Assembly: GCA_964016885.1 (NCBI GenBank)
Contig: OZ024761.1
Coordinates: 31,186,001-31,250,000 of the forward strand
Source of the DNA: Eledone cirrhosa
Lineage: Eukaryota
Reading direction: 5' to 3'
Length of the DNA stretch: 64,000 nt
Of the stretch, positions 15,239 through 30,218 are shown piece by piece. Numbering within the stretch: position 1 is the first letter of the stretch; every line of letters begins with the position of its first letter. Under the pieces are notes generated by a model, which saw only the letters and a list, made by a program, of their open reading frames with translations, ran no database searches and had not been told where the DNA came from. The position numbers were made by a program, and so were the translations under genes.

Positions 15239-16224
15239 ATGAATGTATATATAAGTATAGGTATATAAACATATATGTATATATATATATATATTATATA
15301 TATATTATATATATATTATATATATGTATATATATATATTACATATATATATGCTATATATATACATATATATATATTATATTATATATATGTATATATA
15401 TATTACATGTATGTATATATATATATTACATATATGTATATATATATATGTATATATATATTACATATATGTATATAATATATTATATATATATATTATA
15501 TATATTATATATATATATTATATATATTATATATATGTATATATATATTATATATATATTATATATATGTATATATATATTATATATATGTATATATATA
15601 TATATTATATATATGTATATATATATTATATATATATGTATATATATATTATATATATATGTATATATATGTCTAATATGTATGTATATATATATATACA
15701 TATATTATATATATGTATATTTATATATTATATATATATATATATTATATATATATGTATATGTACACATACATACATACATACATACATACATACATAC
15801 ATACATACATACATACCCACATACCCCCCCCCCCACACACACACACTCACACCACACAAACACAGATACCACAATATCACATCTCATGTTCCTGTGAAAA
15901 TAAACAGTAGCAGTGAGTTTCTCTTTAATTTCTTATTTTTTCCTATCTTTGTGTCTTGAGGGTAGAATCGAACTGGAGGATATAATAGTGAAATAAAATA
16001 GGATTATGATGAAAACACAAAAATAATAATTGACTGCGGTGGACGAGGCCATGATCTAATAAAGACATTTTTTTTTTCAATAGGATTTTATTACAATGGT
16101 TTATAGAGGAATCTATAGAAGAAAGGAGATAATCACTCCAGTTTAGATTATCCTGGGGTAAATGTAATAAACTTTTAAAAACGAAACGGAAAAAAAAAAC
16201 CTTACGACGGTGAAACAGGGGAGT

Positions 16225-17110
16225 TGATGGTGGTGGTGTAATGGTGGTGGTGGTGGAGGCGGTGGTAGTGGAGGTGGTGTGATGGTGGTGGTGGCGGTGG
16301 TGGAGGTGGTGGTGGTAGTGGTGGTGGTGGTGGTGTGATAGTGGTGGTGGAGGCGGTGGTGGTGGTAGTGTGGTGGTGTGATGGTGGTGGTGGAGGCGGT
16401 GGTGGTGTTGTGATGGTGGCGGTGGTGGTGGTAGTGGTGGTAGTGTGATGGTGGTGGTGGTGGAGGTGGTGGTGGTGGTAGTGGTTGTGATGGTGGCGGT
16501 GGTGCTGGTGGTGGTATGATGGTGGTGCTGGTGGTGGTGTGATGGTGGTGGTGGAGGCGGTGCTGGTGGTAGTGGTGGTGGTGTGATGGTGGTGGTGGTA
16601 GTGGTGGTGGTGTGATGGTGGTGGTGGAGGCGGTGGTGGTGGTAGTGGTGGTGTGATGGTGGAAGCGGTGGTGGAGGTGGTGGTGGTATAAGTTGTGATT
16701 GTGGTGGTGGTGGTGGTGGAGGATGAGGTGGTGGTTGTGGTGGTGGTGGCGGAAGTGGTGATAGTGATGGAGGTGGTGGTGGTGGGGATGGTGGTGGATG
16801 AGGTGGTGATGGAGGCGGTAGTGGTTGATGAGGTGACGGTGGTGGTGGATGAGGTGACGGTGGTGGTGGATGAGGTGGTGGAGGTGGAGGCGGCGGTGGT
16901 GATGATGATGAAGGTGGGTCTGGTGAGTGTGGTGGTGGTGGTTATGAGGATGAGGATGGTGGGAGTGGTGGTAGTGGTGATGGCGACGGAGGAGGTGGAG
17001 GAGGTTGAAGATGATGTGGGGATTGATGGTGATGATGGTGATGATGATGATGAGGAGGAGGAGGAAGAAGAAGAAGGTGCTGCTGATGATGATGATGATG
17101 TGGAGGAAGG
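16225..17110. repeat. Degenerate (GGT)/(GAT)/(GAG) trinucleotide array
   Basis: Direct inspection. Similar trinucleotide arrays at 21841-22308 (GTA/GGT), 42120-42540 (CAA) and 52295-52630 (CAC/CAT, CTT). Confidence 0.9.
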
Positions 17111-17182
17111 AAGAGGCGAGGCTGAAGATACACTCCACTCAGCTCAATATAGTTTCTAGTTTATGGTTCAACATCACCATGG

Positions 17183-17234
17183 TTACTCGGTTGAAGTTTC
17201 GACAACATTCGTTATTTTAATGATGGATGACTTT
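17183..17234 (-). CDS. Candidate terminal coding exon of the minus-strand gene
   Basis: Acceptor TTTTTGTTCAG|. Longest open frame is phase 2 (KSSIIKITNVVETSTE*), compatible with the 19565-19609 exon. Confidence 0.25.
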
Positions 17235-19564
17235 CTGAACAAAAACAACAACAACAACAACAACTACGAAACAAAAAACAAAAACAACAACAACACCCAC
17301 AACAACCACAACAACGAAACAAAACAACAACAACAACAGGCAAACACACAAAAAAAAGCATAAACACAAACAGAAATTTCTAAAATAGTGAAATCAACTC
17401 TTTTTAATCAGTCGGACATCTAAATGGACAGTAAAGAGGCTTTGTGAAGGTTTCATTGTACTATTAAAGACTACACAAATGATATGAAAATATAGAAAAA
17501 ATATAAGTAAAGTCAGTGTATTAATCCGTGTGGAAAGGAAAAATATATATATATATATATCAATATTTCGGACACAGAGTCCTTTTTCAATAGAGAAAAG
17601 AAACAGCGAAAGAAAACTGTCATGTATTGTTTCAGCGATTAATGGCCGATGGCAGTGAGTGGTTTGAGAACAAAGGGGAAAGGAGAGGATAGAAGAAGTG
17701 TGTGTGAGAGTCAGTAGGTTTCTTATTACATAAATGGGGACCGTGTTATTAAGAGATATTCACGATCAGGATTCGTTATATTTTGAGATAGAGGCATTAA
17801 CGCAATCATGAATAATTTAGAGAATCACAACAAAAGAACTTTTTTAAAGCCGCACCAATAACAAAGAGGAAAACAGTGATTCTTGAACTAACTAATAAAG
17901 TTATACTATTGTCATAACTTAAACCATTCGATAACCTGTAACCTCTGATGGAACCGTACGGGCGCCATAAGGGCGTCATAAGGGCGCCGTAAGGACATAT
18001 GACATGTCTTGACGAATCCCATCTCACCCCGCGTCTGAACACTGATGATTTCTTCCAGAGAAGGAGAACGAGAAGGCGGAGGAGAAGAAGAAGGGACATC
18101 TGAAAGGACGAAAGGCAAAGTTGACCTTGGTGGGATTTGAACTCAGAGAAACAGAGAGCCGGAACGAACATGGCAAAGCATTCTATCTGACTTTCTAACG
18201 ACTCTACCAATTTGTCGCCTCATTCGATAAATGTATATATGGTCCCGTAAATCCTGATAGAGTCGTAGAGGCGCCATGTTGACATACGGCGTTACTTGGG
18301 CATTTTAACCCTGGTGGAGCCCATCCCTCTCCAGGCTTGGGTACAGCAGATTTCTTCAACAGAAAGATGGAAAGTGAGAGAGAGAGAGGAAATGAGAAAG
18401 AGATATAGTAGAGGAAGAATCGACCCCAGTACTAGACTGGTACTTTTTTATCGACCTCGAAAGAATGAAAGGCAAAGTTGACCTCGGCGGGATTTGAACT
18501 CAGGGAGCCGGAACGAATACCATAAATAATTCTATCGGACGTTCTAGCGACTCTGCCAATTTGCCGCCTCTTTTGATAAACAAAGCTCGATAAAATAAGT
18601 ACTAGGAAGAAATAATTGCTGGGGTAGATATTATCGATTAGTGGAGGCGCGTGGCCTAGTGGTAAGGGTGTTGGACTTACGATCATAACGTCATAGGTTC
18701 GATTCTTGGACTGGGTTGTGTGTTGTATTCTTGAGCAAAACAAGTTGCTCTAAAATACAGTCAGTTGAAAATGAGTACCAGCAATAGCTGGGAGGGGGGT
18801 TAACACTGCGATGGACTGGCGTCCTCTCCAGGGGCGAGTCTTATACTCTCAGTCGTTTCACATTACAGAAACAAGGATAAACACCGGCCTGATGGGCCAC
18901 CTGCTGTGGGGTGAGCAATTTATTTACGCCCTCAACTGAGCTTTTTAGTTTTAGGATGATTAGAATTTTTGGATTTAATACCTGCATGTATAACTTTTCA
19001 ATTCCAATTACTTGTACTAAGCTAACTTTGATATGTAAAATTGGGGGGCGGGGGTTTGATGTGTATTCTAATTTTTTCTGTATGAGCCTCCCCTACTAAA
19101 TCTGAAGTGCCTCGAGACCCCCATAGGTCTAAATCCAACATCCAACCCTCGTTCAAACACAGTATTAGAACCTTTAAACAACGGAACTGCTATTTGACTC
19201 ATAGAGCCACTGGTTATGGAAATAACCACAATGGAGATATACAAACAGCAAAATGACACACAGACACATACACACGCACGCACACAGACAGGCACACACA
19301 CACACTCACACACTCACACACGCACTTACAAACGCACACACATACACGCACTTACAAACGCACTTACACGCACTTACAAACGCACACACATACACGCACA
19401 CTCATACACGCACACACACACAGACACACACACACACACGCACACGCACACGCACACGCACACACGCGCGCACGCGCACACACACGTTTTGTTAACTGAA
19501 TGACAGACTATTCCAGCGACACCTGTTCCTCATCACTCATTGATTGTTGTTTACCTACCTTTAC

Positions 19565-19609
19565 CTTTGGATCAATCGATATTCGATACCAATTCTTCTA
19601 GTCTGGTCT
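19565..19609 (-). CDS. Candidate 45-bp coding exon
   Basis: Acceptor T10-GTGGTAG|, donor AAG|GTAAAG. Only the phase-2 frame is open (DQTRRIGIEYRLIQ), matching the phase-2 donor at 34723. Confidence 0.4.
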
Positions 19610-20250
19610 CTACCACAAAAAAAAAACAAGAAAGACAGAAAAAACAAAAGCCTCCCTGAAAACAAAATGTCTGCCGTCCAATTTCCTTTTTCTTCCGTGT
19701 GATTTGCTTGACTTCGCTTCGTCCTGTGATCTATGATCAACAGATTAAACTTCTCATGTAAACTTTAGAGGGAAACATCTGCCTCCATGTTGCCTCTATA
19801 ATGATTATAGTAGATGTATCGACTATCATATTGAACACATTCTTTTATTCTTTATATTTATTATTATCTTATTTATATGTATCGGTAGAGGGTCAGACAC
19901 CAGCTTTCCAGCATAGTTACGTCCCTTTACGTTCTGAGTTCAAATAATGCCGAGGTTAACTTTGCCTTTCATCCTTACGGGGTCGATAAAATAAAGTAAT
20001 TCACTGGGGTAATTGCTGGCCATGCTGGGGCACCATCTTGAAAGCATTTTTTGTTTTTGTTTTTGTGTGGTTTAGTATATGTTTTCACTCATTAGACTGC
20101 GACTATGCTGGGGCCCAATCTTGAAGAATTTTTTTTTGTTTTTGTTTTTGAATGCCCTGATAAAGGCTAGGGGTCCTTCACTCCCAGTGGTTTAACCTCG
20201 CAATCGGGTATCCAGTCCGATTATTTCTATGTCCCCGCGCATGTACATAC

Positions 20251-20327
<77 letters not shown>

Positions 20328-21009
20328 AATACATTTATACATACATTCATACATACAAACATACACACAAGTATACATACATACATAACGTATTATAATA
20401 AAACCAGCCTAGAATTTTCTAGGTTTCCTTAACGTAATTCTCAGGGAGATTCAGCAATACGCAGTGTGTATTATAGTTTTTGCCACATGAGTGAACGTAT
20501 TATACCGTATTTTAATGGTTTCTGAATTAGGCAAAGGCCAACAAATTTGATTAAATCGATTCCAGTACATTACTGGTACTTTATTTATCGACCTCCCACA
20601 CGGCGGGATTTAAACTCAGAACGTAAAGGGCCGTAACGCAATGCTACAATGTATGTTGTCATATTCTCTACCGATACTGCCAATCCACCACTCTGAGTTA
20701 ACGTATTATAACATAGTGAATTGGCAGTATCGGTAGAGGGTCGGACGCAGCATAGAGTTACAGCCCTTTATGGTCTAAGTTCAAATCCCGCTGAGGTTAA
20801 CTTTGCTTTTCATCCTTACGAGGTCGATAAAATAAAGTACCAGTAATACACTGAGATAATTGCTGGCCTTGTGCCAAAAGTAGAAACAATTATAACATAT
20901 TATAACGTATTATAACGTATTATAACGTATTATAACGTATTATAATATGATCAGTCTAGAGTTTTATAGTCAGAACCCCCTTTCCGTCAAACAAGAAACT
21001 ACAAAATAA

Positions 21010-21605
21010 TTATTGTTTCTACTTTTGGCACAAGGCCAGCAACTACCCCAGTGTATTACTGGTACTTTATTTTATCGACCCCCCCTTATGGATGACAGGC
21101 AAAGTTAACCACGTCGGGATTTGAACCCAGAACGTAAAGGGCCATAACTCTATGCTGCAAAGCATGGCGTCCGACCCTCAACCGATACTGTCAATCCAAA
21201 ATAATGGTTCTTATATAGGCACAAGGCCAGCAATTTGGGGCGAGGGGAAGTCGATTAAAACAACCCTAGTGCGTGACTGGTACTTTATTTTATTGACCCC
21301 CGTAAGGATGAAAGGCACAGTTAATCTCGGCGCGATTTGAACTCAGAACGTAAAGGGGCGTAACTCTGTGCTGCAAAGCATGGCGTCTGACTCTCTACCG
21401 ATATTGCTAATCCAAAATAATAATTGTTTCTACTTTTGGCACAATGCCAGCAATTACCCCAGTGTATTACTGGTACTTTATTTTATCGATCCCGTAAAGA
21501 TGAAAGGCAAAGTTAACCTCGGCGGGATTTGAAATCAGAACGTAAAGGACCATAACTCTATGCTGCAAAACATGGCGTCTGACTCTCTACCGTTACTGCT
21601 AATCC
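21010..21605 (-). mobile_element. Head-to-tail array of three SINE A copies
   Basis: Junctions AATCCAAAATAAT at ~21195, ~21410 and ~21602. Confidence 0.85.
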
Positions 21606-22223
21606 AAAATAATAATTAAAAAAAAAAACATGTTGCTTGTAAAATGGTGTGACGAGGTAGAAAATCCACAAATACACGGCACCAATTAAACAAAGAATTT
21701 GTGCTCTATTTCTTCTCCATCAATATCGATTGATTGAACGTATCGATATTGTAATATTGTAGCTGTTGATTTAAACTATTGATTTGTGATTACATTCCCA
21801 TCTTTTTACAGAAATACCATTGGAAAATGGTTACATTGAGGGTAGTAGTGACAGTGATAGTAATAGTAGTAGTAGTGGTGGTAGTAATAGTAGAAGTAGT
21901 AGTAGTGGTGGTGGTGGTAGTAGTAGTAGTTGTAGTGGCGGTGGTAGTAATAGTAGTGGTGGTGGTGGTAGTAGTAGTAGTTGTAGTGGCGGTGGTAGTA
22001 ATAGTAGTAGTGGTGGTGGTGGTAGTAGTAGTAGTTGTAGTGGCGGTGGTAGTAATAGTAGTAGTAGTAGTGGTGGTAGTAGTAGTTGTAGTGGTGGTAG
22101 TAGTAGTAGTAGTTGTAGTGTCGGTGATAGTAGTAGTTGTAGTAGTTGTTGTTGTAATGGCGGTGATAGTAGTAGTAAGAGTAGTAGTAGTAATAGTAAT
22201 AGTGGTGGTGATAGTAGTAGTGA

Positions 22224-22278
<55 letters not shown>

Positions 22279-22349
22279 TGTAATAGTAGTAGTAGTGGTG
22301 GTGGTGATGTTATTGCACAGACAGCTAGTCATTCAGCAATCACCCATTC

Positions 22350-22396
<47 letters not shown>

Positions 22397-22575
22397 TTCG
22401 TTTTTGAATTTGTTTTGCAAGATTTCTTATGCGAAAACGTGTGTTGAAACAGATATTATTATACTTTGGGAGGGTCATGCTGCCAATAAAAACACACGCA
22501 CCAGTTGGTTTTCACTTCAATTTATTATAAATTTCCGGTTGGTTGGTTCGATAACCGGATGGTTGTTTATATATT

Positions 22576-22606
22576 GTCAAAGCTCTTTCGTCACCTCTTC
22601 AGTGAC
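22576..22606 (-). ncRNA. Minimal hammerhead-like motif within a Penelope-like terminal repeat (22397-22665)
   Basis: GUCA-CUGAAGA-GGUGAC-GAAA-GAGC-UU-UGAC. A paralogue at 56932-56974 has a longer stem II but CUAAAGA core. Confidence 0.55.
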
Positions 22607-22704
22607 TGGGTTTTTATTTTGTGTCTCTCCTTTGTTCTATCCTACACCACCTTATTTTTGAGTGTTGTACACACACACACACATATACATACACACACAC
22701 ACAC

Positions 22705-22735
<31 letters not shown>

Positions 22736-23091
22736 AACACACACATAAATATATATCAGGCAAAATGGGTAAGATGTTCGATTCGTAATCATTAGGTCTC
22801 GGGTTCGATCCCACTGCGTGTCATCTTGTCCAAGTGTCATTTACCCTAACCTCGTGTCAACCCATACCTTGTGAGTGAAATTTGGTAGACGGAAACTGTT
22901 TGGAAGCCCGTCAGATAAACAATGCCTGGATTCTACTTCTTTCTCTGTCCATAAACAGGTACTCAAGCTTCGTTGGGTTCTGGAAACCTGAGTACTTCTT
23001 TATGTCACTGTTGTAATTATTTATACTAAACTCGTCCTATGGACTGAGTGCTCTTACTCTTGGACATTTCCACTTAACTTTTACATCAAAA

Positions 23092-23331
23092 GTGACACAG
23101 AGGAGACTGAGGTTAGCTGGACATGCTCACCGACATCCAGAGTTGACATTGCACTCAGTGCTCCTGTGGGAGCCCCTACATGGACACACTGGAAGTGGAA
23201 AACCAAAGTTAACGTATGTTGATGCCCTAAGGACAGACACTAGTCTGTTGGAGACGCGGGACATGGCAGCGATAATGCGGGACAGAGACCGTTGGAGAGA
23301 ACTCGTCCATGGATCTCGGGAATTTTACCCG

Positions 23332-23333
<2 letters not shown>
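23092..23333 (+). mobile_element. RTE-clade LINE 3' end fragment
   Basis: RRLRLAGHAHRH...LLWEP.HG...GKPKLTYVD.L...RDRDRWRELV, typical of the RTE ORF C-terminus. Confidence 0.75.
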
Positions 23334-23400
<67 letters not shown>

Positions 23401-23747
23401 CGTGTGTGTGTGTGTGTGTGTGTTATTGGCATTGTCGAATTAATAATAAAAACATGGTCTGAGATTTATTTCTGTCACATTTATTGCAAAAATCATTAAA
23501 ACTTTTCAACCTGTTCCTCATTTAATTAGGCCTCGCAAGATCAATTAAAGGTTCCTAAGAAAAAAAATCATCTAGAATATATAGAAATTAGTGTATGGGA
23601 GAAGTGTCAACTGTTTTTCATCAATCGATCTAAAAACAATATGGGAACGTATACATATATATATTGGATCATCAAGTATGAAATTTGTATAAATTTGTAG
23701 AAAAAAAAAGTTTCTAGAAATTTCATACTTGACGACCCAATATACAT

Positions 23748-23819
<72 letters not shown>

Positions 23820-24267
23820 GTGTGTGTGTACGTGATTGTGTGTGTGTTCATGTGTGTATTTGTTTGACTATAAATCCACAGGGATTTGATGAAAATGTTT
23901 TGTTTTGTTTTCAAATCTGCATTTTTTTTTTTACTCTATCCCCACTTCACAAGTGTCAAGAATTTAAAACATTTGTGATCTTATTTCGTGGAAATATTGG
24001 GCTTTTCATTAAAAATCAATATTTTTACAGAGAAATTTCCTAAAAGACAAAAAAAATAAAAATAATTAAAAATCAATGATGAAATTATAATAAAATAGGA
24101 TGAGTGAATTTTAACAGAAAACTAAAATTAGGAAATGTTCATCGGACTAAAATAAAGTAGTCGAGTCCGTGGTGAGGAACGGGAGAGATTCTGGAAAATT
24201 GTTTTATTAATTTATTAATTATAAACCTGGTATATGGACTATATTGGAAGTAAAACTGTTTAGACAG

Positions 24268-26140
24268 CAACTAGCTAAACACTTCTACAATACGTTATAT
24301 AGTATTAGCTAGCTAAACACTTCCACATTACGTTAGATAGTACTAGCTAGCTAAACACTTCCACATTACGTTAGATAGTATTAGCTAGCTAAACACTTCC
24401 ACATTACGTTAGATAGTACTAGCTAGCTAAACACTTCCACATTACGTTAGATAGTACTAATTAGCTAAACACTTCCACATTACGTTAGACAGTACTAACT
24501 AGTTAAACACTTCCACATTACGTTAGATAGTACTAACTAGTTAAACACTTCCACATTACGTTAGATAGTACTAATTAGCTAAATACTCCCACATTACGTT
24601 AGATAGTACTAACTAGTTAAACACTTCCACATTACGTTAGATAGTACTAACTAGTTAAACACTTCCACATTACGTTAGATAGTACTAGCTAGCTAAACAC
24701 TTCCACATTACGTTAGATAGTACTAACTAGTTAAACACTTCCACATTACGTTAGATAGTACTAACTAGTTAAACACTTCCACATTACGTTAGATAGTACT
24801 AGCTAGCTAAACACTTCCCCATTACGTTAGATAGTACTAGCTGGCTAAACACTTCCACATTACGTTAGATAGTACTAACTAGTTAAACACTTCCACATTA
24901 CGTTAGATAGTACTAACTAGCTAAACACTTCCACATTACGTTAGATAGTACTAGCTAGCTAAACACTTCCACATTACGTTAGATAGTACTAACTAAAACA
25001 CTTCCACATTACGCTAGATAGTACTAACTAGCTAAACACTTCCACATTACGTTAGATAGTACTAACTAGCTAAACACTTCCACATTACGTTAGATAGTAC
25101 TAACTAGCTAAACACTTCCACATTACGTTAGATAGTATTAGCTAGCTAAACACTTCCACATTACGTTAGATAGTACTAGCTAGCTAAACACTTCCACATT
25201 ACGTTAGATAGTACTAATTAGCTAAACACTTCCACATTACGTTAGACAGTACTAACTAGTTAAACACTTCCACATTACGTTAGATAGTACTAACTAGTTA
25301 AACACTTCCACATTACGTTAGATAGTACTAATTAGCTAAATACTCCCACATTACGTTAGATAGTACTAACTAGTTAAACACTTCCACATTACGTTAGATA
25401 GTACTAACTAGTTAAACACTTCCACATTACGTTAGATAGTACTAATTAGCTAAATACTCCCACATTACGTTAGATAGTACTAACTAGTTAAACACTTCCA
25501 CATTACGTTAGATAGTACTAACTAGTTAAACACTTCCACATTACGTTAGATAGTACTAGCTAGCTAAACACTTCCACATTACGTTAGATAGTACTAACTA
25601 GTTAAACACTTCCACATTACGTTAGATAGTACTAACTAGTTAAACACTTCCACATTACGTTAGATAGTACTAGCTAGCTAAACACTTCCCCATTACGTTA
25701 GATAGTACTAGCTGGCTAAACACTTCCACATTACGTTAGATAGTACTAACTAGTTAAACACTTCCACATTACGTTAGATAGTACTAACTAGCTAAACACT
25801 TCCACATTACGTTAGATAGTACTAGCTAGCTAAACACTTCCACATTACGTTAGATAGTACTAACTAAAACACTTCCACATTACGCTAGATAGTACTAACT
25901 AGCTAAACACTTCCACATTACGTTAGATAGTACTAACTAGCTAAACACTTCCACATTACGTTAGATAGTACTAACTAGCTAAACACTTCCACATTACGTT
26001 AGATAGTACTAGCTAGCTAAACACTTCCACATTACGTTAGATAGTACTAACTAGTTAAACACTTCCACATTACGTTAGATAGTACTAACTAGCTAAACAC
26101 TTCCACATTACGTTAGATAGTACTAGCTAGCTAAACACTT
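24268..26140. repeat. 38-bp minisatellite, about 49 copies
   Basis: Unit AAACACTTCCACATTACGTTAGATAGTACTA(A/G)CTAG(C/T)T, with starts at 24315 and 24353. Confidence 0.95.
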
Positions 26141-26939
26141 TCAAAATGTATATATCTCTTTTGAGAAACACTTAGCCTTTTGTACACATATATAGAGCAA
26201 ACAATATGTAGGAAAATATACATACTTTAAGGTGGTACTAATTTCGTTTCGTAAAATCAAAGAACAACGCCACCTATCGATCTAACTAATCGATTACCAA
26301 CTATACTCTGAACTAAGGTCCATTGAGCGTTTTTATTGAGAAACACGATTGTTACATATTCAGTATCTATCGATACCTTAACATAAAATATATATTTAAA
26401 AGAAAATCTGTGAGATCCTTGGTACAGTAAGATTTATTTGAGAAAAGGAAAATAATGACTTCATATGTAGTTGGTATTCTATAACAACAAAAACTAAATT
26501 TTATAATTTTATAATCTTACAATTTTATAATTTTGCTATGTAGATCTAATAAATCCTTTAACTTCGGTGGCAAGTTTTTTAAAAATCTTGGTTAACTTTC
26601 TGGAGAACTTTCTCGCATTTATCGGTGGCGATTCCAGCGCATCTCCCTTACCATCCTCTGGGGAAACGCCTTCTCAATTCTGTCCGCCGGGGTACGTGAG
26701 GCGGTCAGCACGTGGGACCCCATTTGCTCACTATACAGAGAGATTGGGGAGGACAAGAGAGATGGGGGCCGATGACTGTGGGAGTTCGGCTCTTCCGTGT
26801 TCGGACGACACATTGCACCTGTCAAGAGTGTATATTGATATCTTTATATACATGCCTGTGTATATTTTAATTATCTAAAAATTATTTGACAATTCTATGC
26901 CTAAATAATTGTTTTGTTGTTTCTTGACGGGGGTTAATA

Positions 26940-27690
26940 ATTTTCTTATTTTCCCCATTTTACCCCATCTCTTTTTTTCTCTTATTCCTCCCACTTTTCC
27001 TCTCAATGCTCCTATTTTTTCCTTTTCCTCTCCATTTCCTCCTTCCCCTTATTTCCCCCCATATTTTCCCCTCTTTCCCCATTACTACTCTTCCCATGAT
27101 TTTTTTCCACTACCCCTCTTCCCCTGAATTTTACTCCCCCCCATTTTCCCCTCTTTTCTCCCATGTTCCCCCTTCCCCTTATTTTCCTCTCTTTCCCCAT
27201 TACTCATCTTACCATTATTTCCCCCCTTTTTCTTAATTTTCCCTCATTTCCCCTCTTTCCCCATTACTCCTCTTTTCATGATTTCCCCCCTTTCCCCCGA
27301 ATTTCCCCCCCTTTCCCCCCATTTTTCCATTACTCCTCTTCCCATTATCTTTTCCCTCTTTCTCCCAATTTTTCCCTCTTACTCCCGAATTTTTCCCTCT
27401 TTTCCCCCATTTTTTCCACTACTCCTCTTCCCCTGAATTTTCCTCTTCCCTCCATTTCCCCCTCTTTCCCCATTACTCTTCTTCCCTCGATTTTTACCTC
27501 TTCCCCTCAATTTTTCCCTTTTCCCCTTCAATTTTACCCTCTTTCCTCATTACTCCTTTTCCCATGATTTTTTCTCTCTTGTCCTCCCCTCTTTCCCCCC
27601 GAAATTTCCTTCTCTCTCCCTCCATTTTCCCCTCCATTTTCCTCCATGTTCCCCCTTCCTCTCATTTCCCACCTATTTTTTCCCCTGTAA
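26940..27690. repeat. Pyrimidine-rich degenerate minisatellite
   Basis: Recurring TTTCCCCTCTTTCCCCATTACTCCTCTTCCC motif. Confidence 0.85.
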
Positions 27691-27722
27691 TATTTAGCAA
27701 TTCTTCATTTATGATCCAGTCT
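27673..27722 (-). CDS. Candidate 50-bp coding exon, possibly start of a TK/TKL-type kinase domain
   Basis: Acceptor TTTCATATTTCAG|, donor TAG|GTGGGA. Phase-2 translation DWIINEELLNITGEKIG. The last codons overlap the low-complexity tract. Confidence 0.35.
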
Positions 27723-28272
27723 CTGAAATATGAAATATTCCGACTATGGGCGATATAATAAGGTTTATTAGTCGATGGGAGATCATAAAAAAAAAAAAAA
27801 TCTAAAATGAAATCGACTTCAATTTCATTGTTCTGTAATACAATTGTTCTGTAATTAAAGTAGGACGAGAGAAATTGAAGGGAAATCTCACTCGAATGTT
27901 GTGTTAAATTGTGAACTGAAAAATATATAAGATAAGGCTGGAAGGGGTAATATCGTATTTCTGACAAGAGAGAAAAGAAAACACTGCAACAAAAAACAAA
28001 TACACACATACACACACATACACGTACACACATACACGCTCACACGCATAGACACACATACAAACACACACACACATACAAAAACACGCACACGCACAGA
28101 CAGACACACACACACGCGCACTCACACACACGCAAAAGCACACAGACACACACACAAAAACATGAGATTTTAAATTAACCTAAATCTCTTTCCACTGAAT
28201 AATCAAGATTATGATACAAAGAAAGAAAAAAAATTATATTTTTTTTGCAAGAAGATAAATGAAATAAATATG

Positions 28273-28303
<31 letters not shown>

Positions 28304-29117
28304 AGGAACGACAACTCAAAGAATGAATCCACGATCTTGCGTTTAGCCCTTAAGCATTTACATTACTCTATATTTACTATTATATTTTCATGGTAAAAGC
28401 CTTAACTCTCATAATTATCTCACATAATATTGAATCTATGAGACATCGATATTATTTATTTTAAGAACAATAATATTGAAGTCTCATAGATTCAATATAG
28501 AGTATGGTGGATTGGCAGTATCGGTAGAGGGTCGGACGCCATGTTTTGCAGCATAGTTACGTCCCTTTACGGAGTGAGTTCAAATCCCGTCGAAGTTAAC
28601 TTTGCCTTTCATCCTTACGGGATCGATAACATAAAAGTACCAGTAATGTACTGGATAATTGCTGGTAACCTTGTGCACAAAAGTAGAAACAATGATTTAT
28701 TTTAAGAACAATACTTTAACATAAATGCGAACAGCCAGTTATGGCCGGTTTGAACAGAAAGGGATGAGAAAATTCTGGCCGGATACGGCCGGTTTAAATA
28801 CTAAACTGTTAGAGGCGAAATATGTATTTTTACACACAAGAAAAGAGAAGAGGTATATATTTCAATTTTGGTCACGTGGTGGTGACACTTGACTAACAAA
28901 AAAAAAAAAACTGTTGTCGGTAAGAAAGAGAGCGATTGGGGAATATTGATTTACTGAAATCAGCCCTGTTTCACTAAACCTCTCGCCCCCCCCCCCCATA
29001 TCCACACCCATATTCATACAATTCTTCCTTTTTAATGTTCTCCAAAGTGCATTTATCACAGCTACAGCAGCAATCACTGCACACACACATATATACATAT
29101 ATCCACATATATACACA

Positions 29118-29149
<32 letters not shown>

Positions 29150-29193
29150 CATACGTACATACACATATATATACACACACACACACAGATAAA

Positions 29194-29267
<74 letters not shown>

Positions 29268-29269
29268 GA

Positions 29270-29730
29270 CACATACACACACAGAAGAAGACACACACAC
29301 ACCAAACATACTCTGATAGACACGCTCACACACATATAGACACACCCACACACACACAGAAGAAGACACACACACCAAACATACTCTGATAGACACGCTC
29401 ACACACATATAGACACACACACATAAGAAGACACACACACACACACACAGAAGAAGACGCACACACACACAGAAGAAGACGCACACACACACACACACCA
29501 AACATACTCTGATAGACACGCTCACACACATATAGTCACACACACACGCACATAAGAAGACACACACACACACACACAGAAGAAGACACACACACACACA
29601 CACACCAAACATACTCTGATAGACACTCTCACACACATATATAGACACACATATACACACAGAAGAAGACACAAACACACACACACACACCAGGCATACT
29701 CTGATAGACACACTCACAGACATATAGAGA
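29270..29730. repeat. CA-based compound minisatellite
   Basis: Recurring CCAAACATACTCTGATAGACAC and CAGAAGAAGAC blocks between (CA)n runs. Confidence 0.85.
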
Positions 29731-29978
29731 GATACACACTACACACACACTACACATTCACACATATAGACACACACACACTACACTACACACACACACA
29801 ATATACACCCAATTTCTACTGCTACTGTATAAGTACTACTAGTTATGTTCAGCTATAAATTATTCACCAGTCGAATTACAAGTGAAACGATAATGTAGAG
29901 AAAACCAGAGATGTAGTTATTGTAATATGTGATATATAGCAGAGTAGAATATACAACACTATATATATATATATATAT

Positions 29979-30167
29979 AGGAAAAGGTATGACCCCGACG
30001 GCAGAGTTCAAGCCGTTTCGACGGCTATTTCGTCCAGAAATAGCCGTCGAAACGACTTGAGCTCTGCCGTCGGAGTCATACCTTTTCCTATTACCAACTC
30101 TACTACACTAAGTATTGAGTACTCTGGTGCGTAACGCTCCATCTGGTTCCTTACCACAATTCCTTCG

Positions 30168-30218
<51 letters not shown>

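Noticed and set aside
16084-16156. Plus-strand exon candidate after a T-rich acceptor (VYRGIY-like)
   Set aside because: Stops occur in all three frames before the donor.
16143-17159. His/Pro/Val-rich ORFs (also 21779-22447, 42053-42653, 51916-52810)
   Set aside because: Trinucleotide arrays open in several frames on both strands.
24268-26140. CRISPR-like appearance of the 38-bp array (also the 48-bp array)
   Set aside because: Units are contiguous with no unique spacers, there are no cas genes, and the context is eukaryotic.
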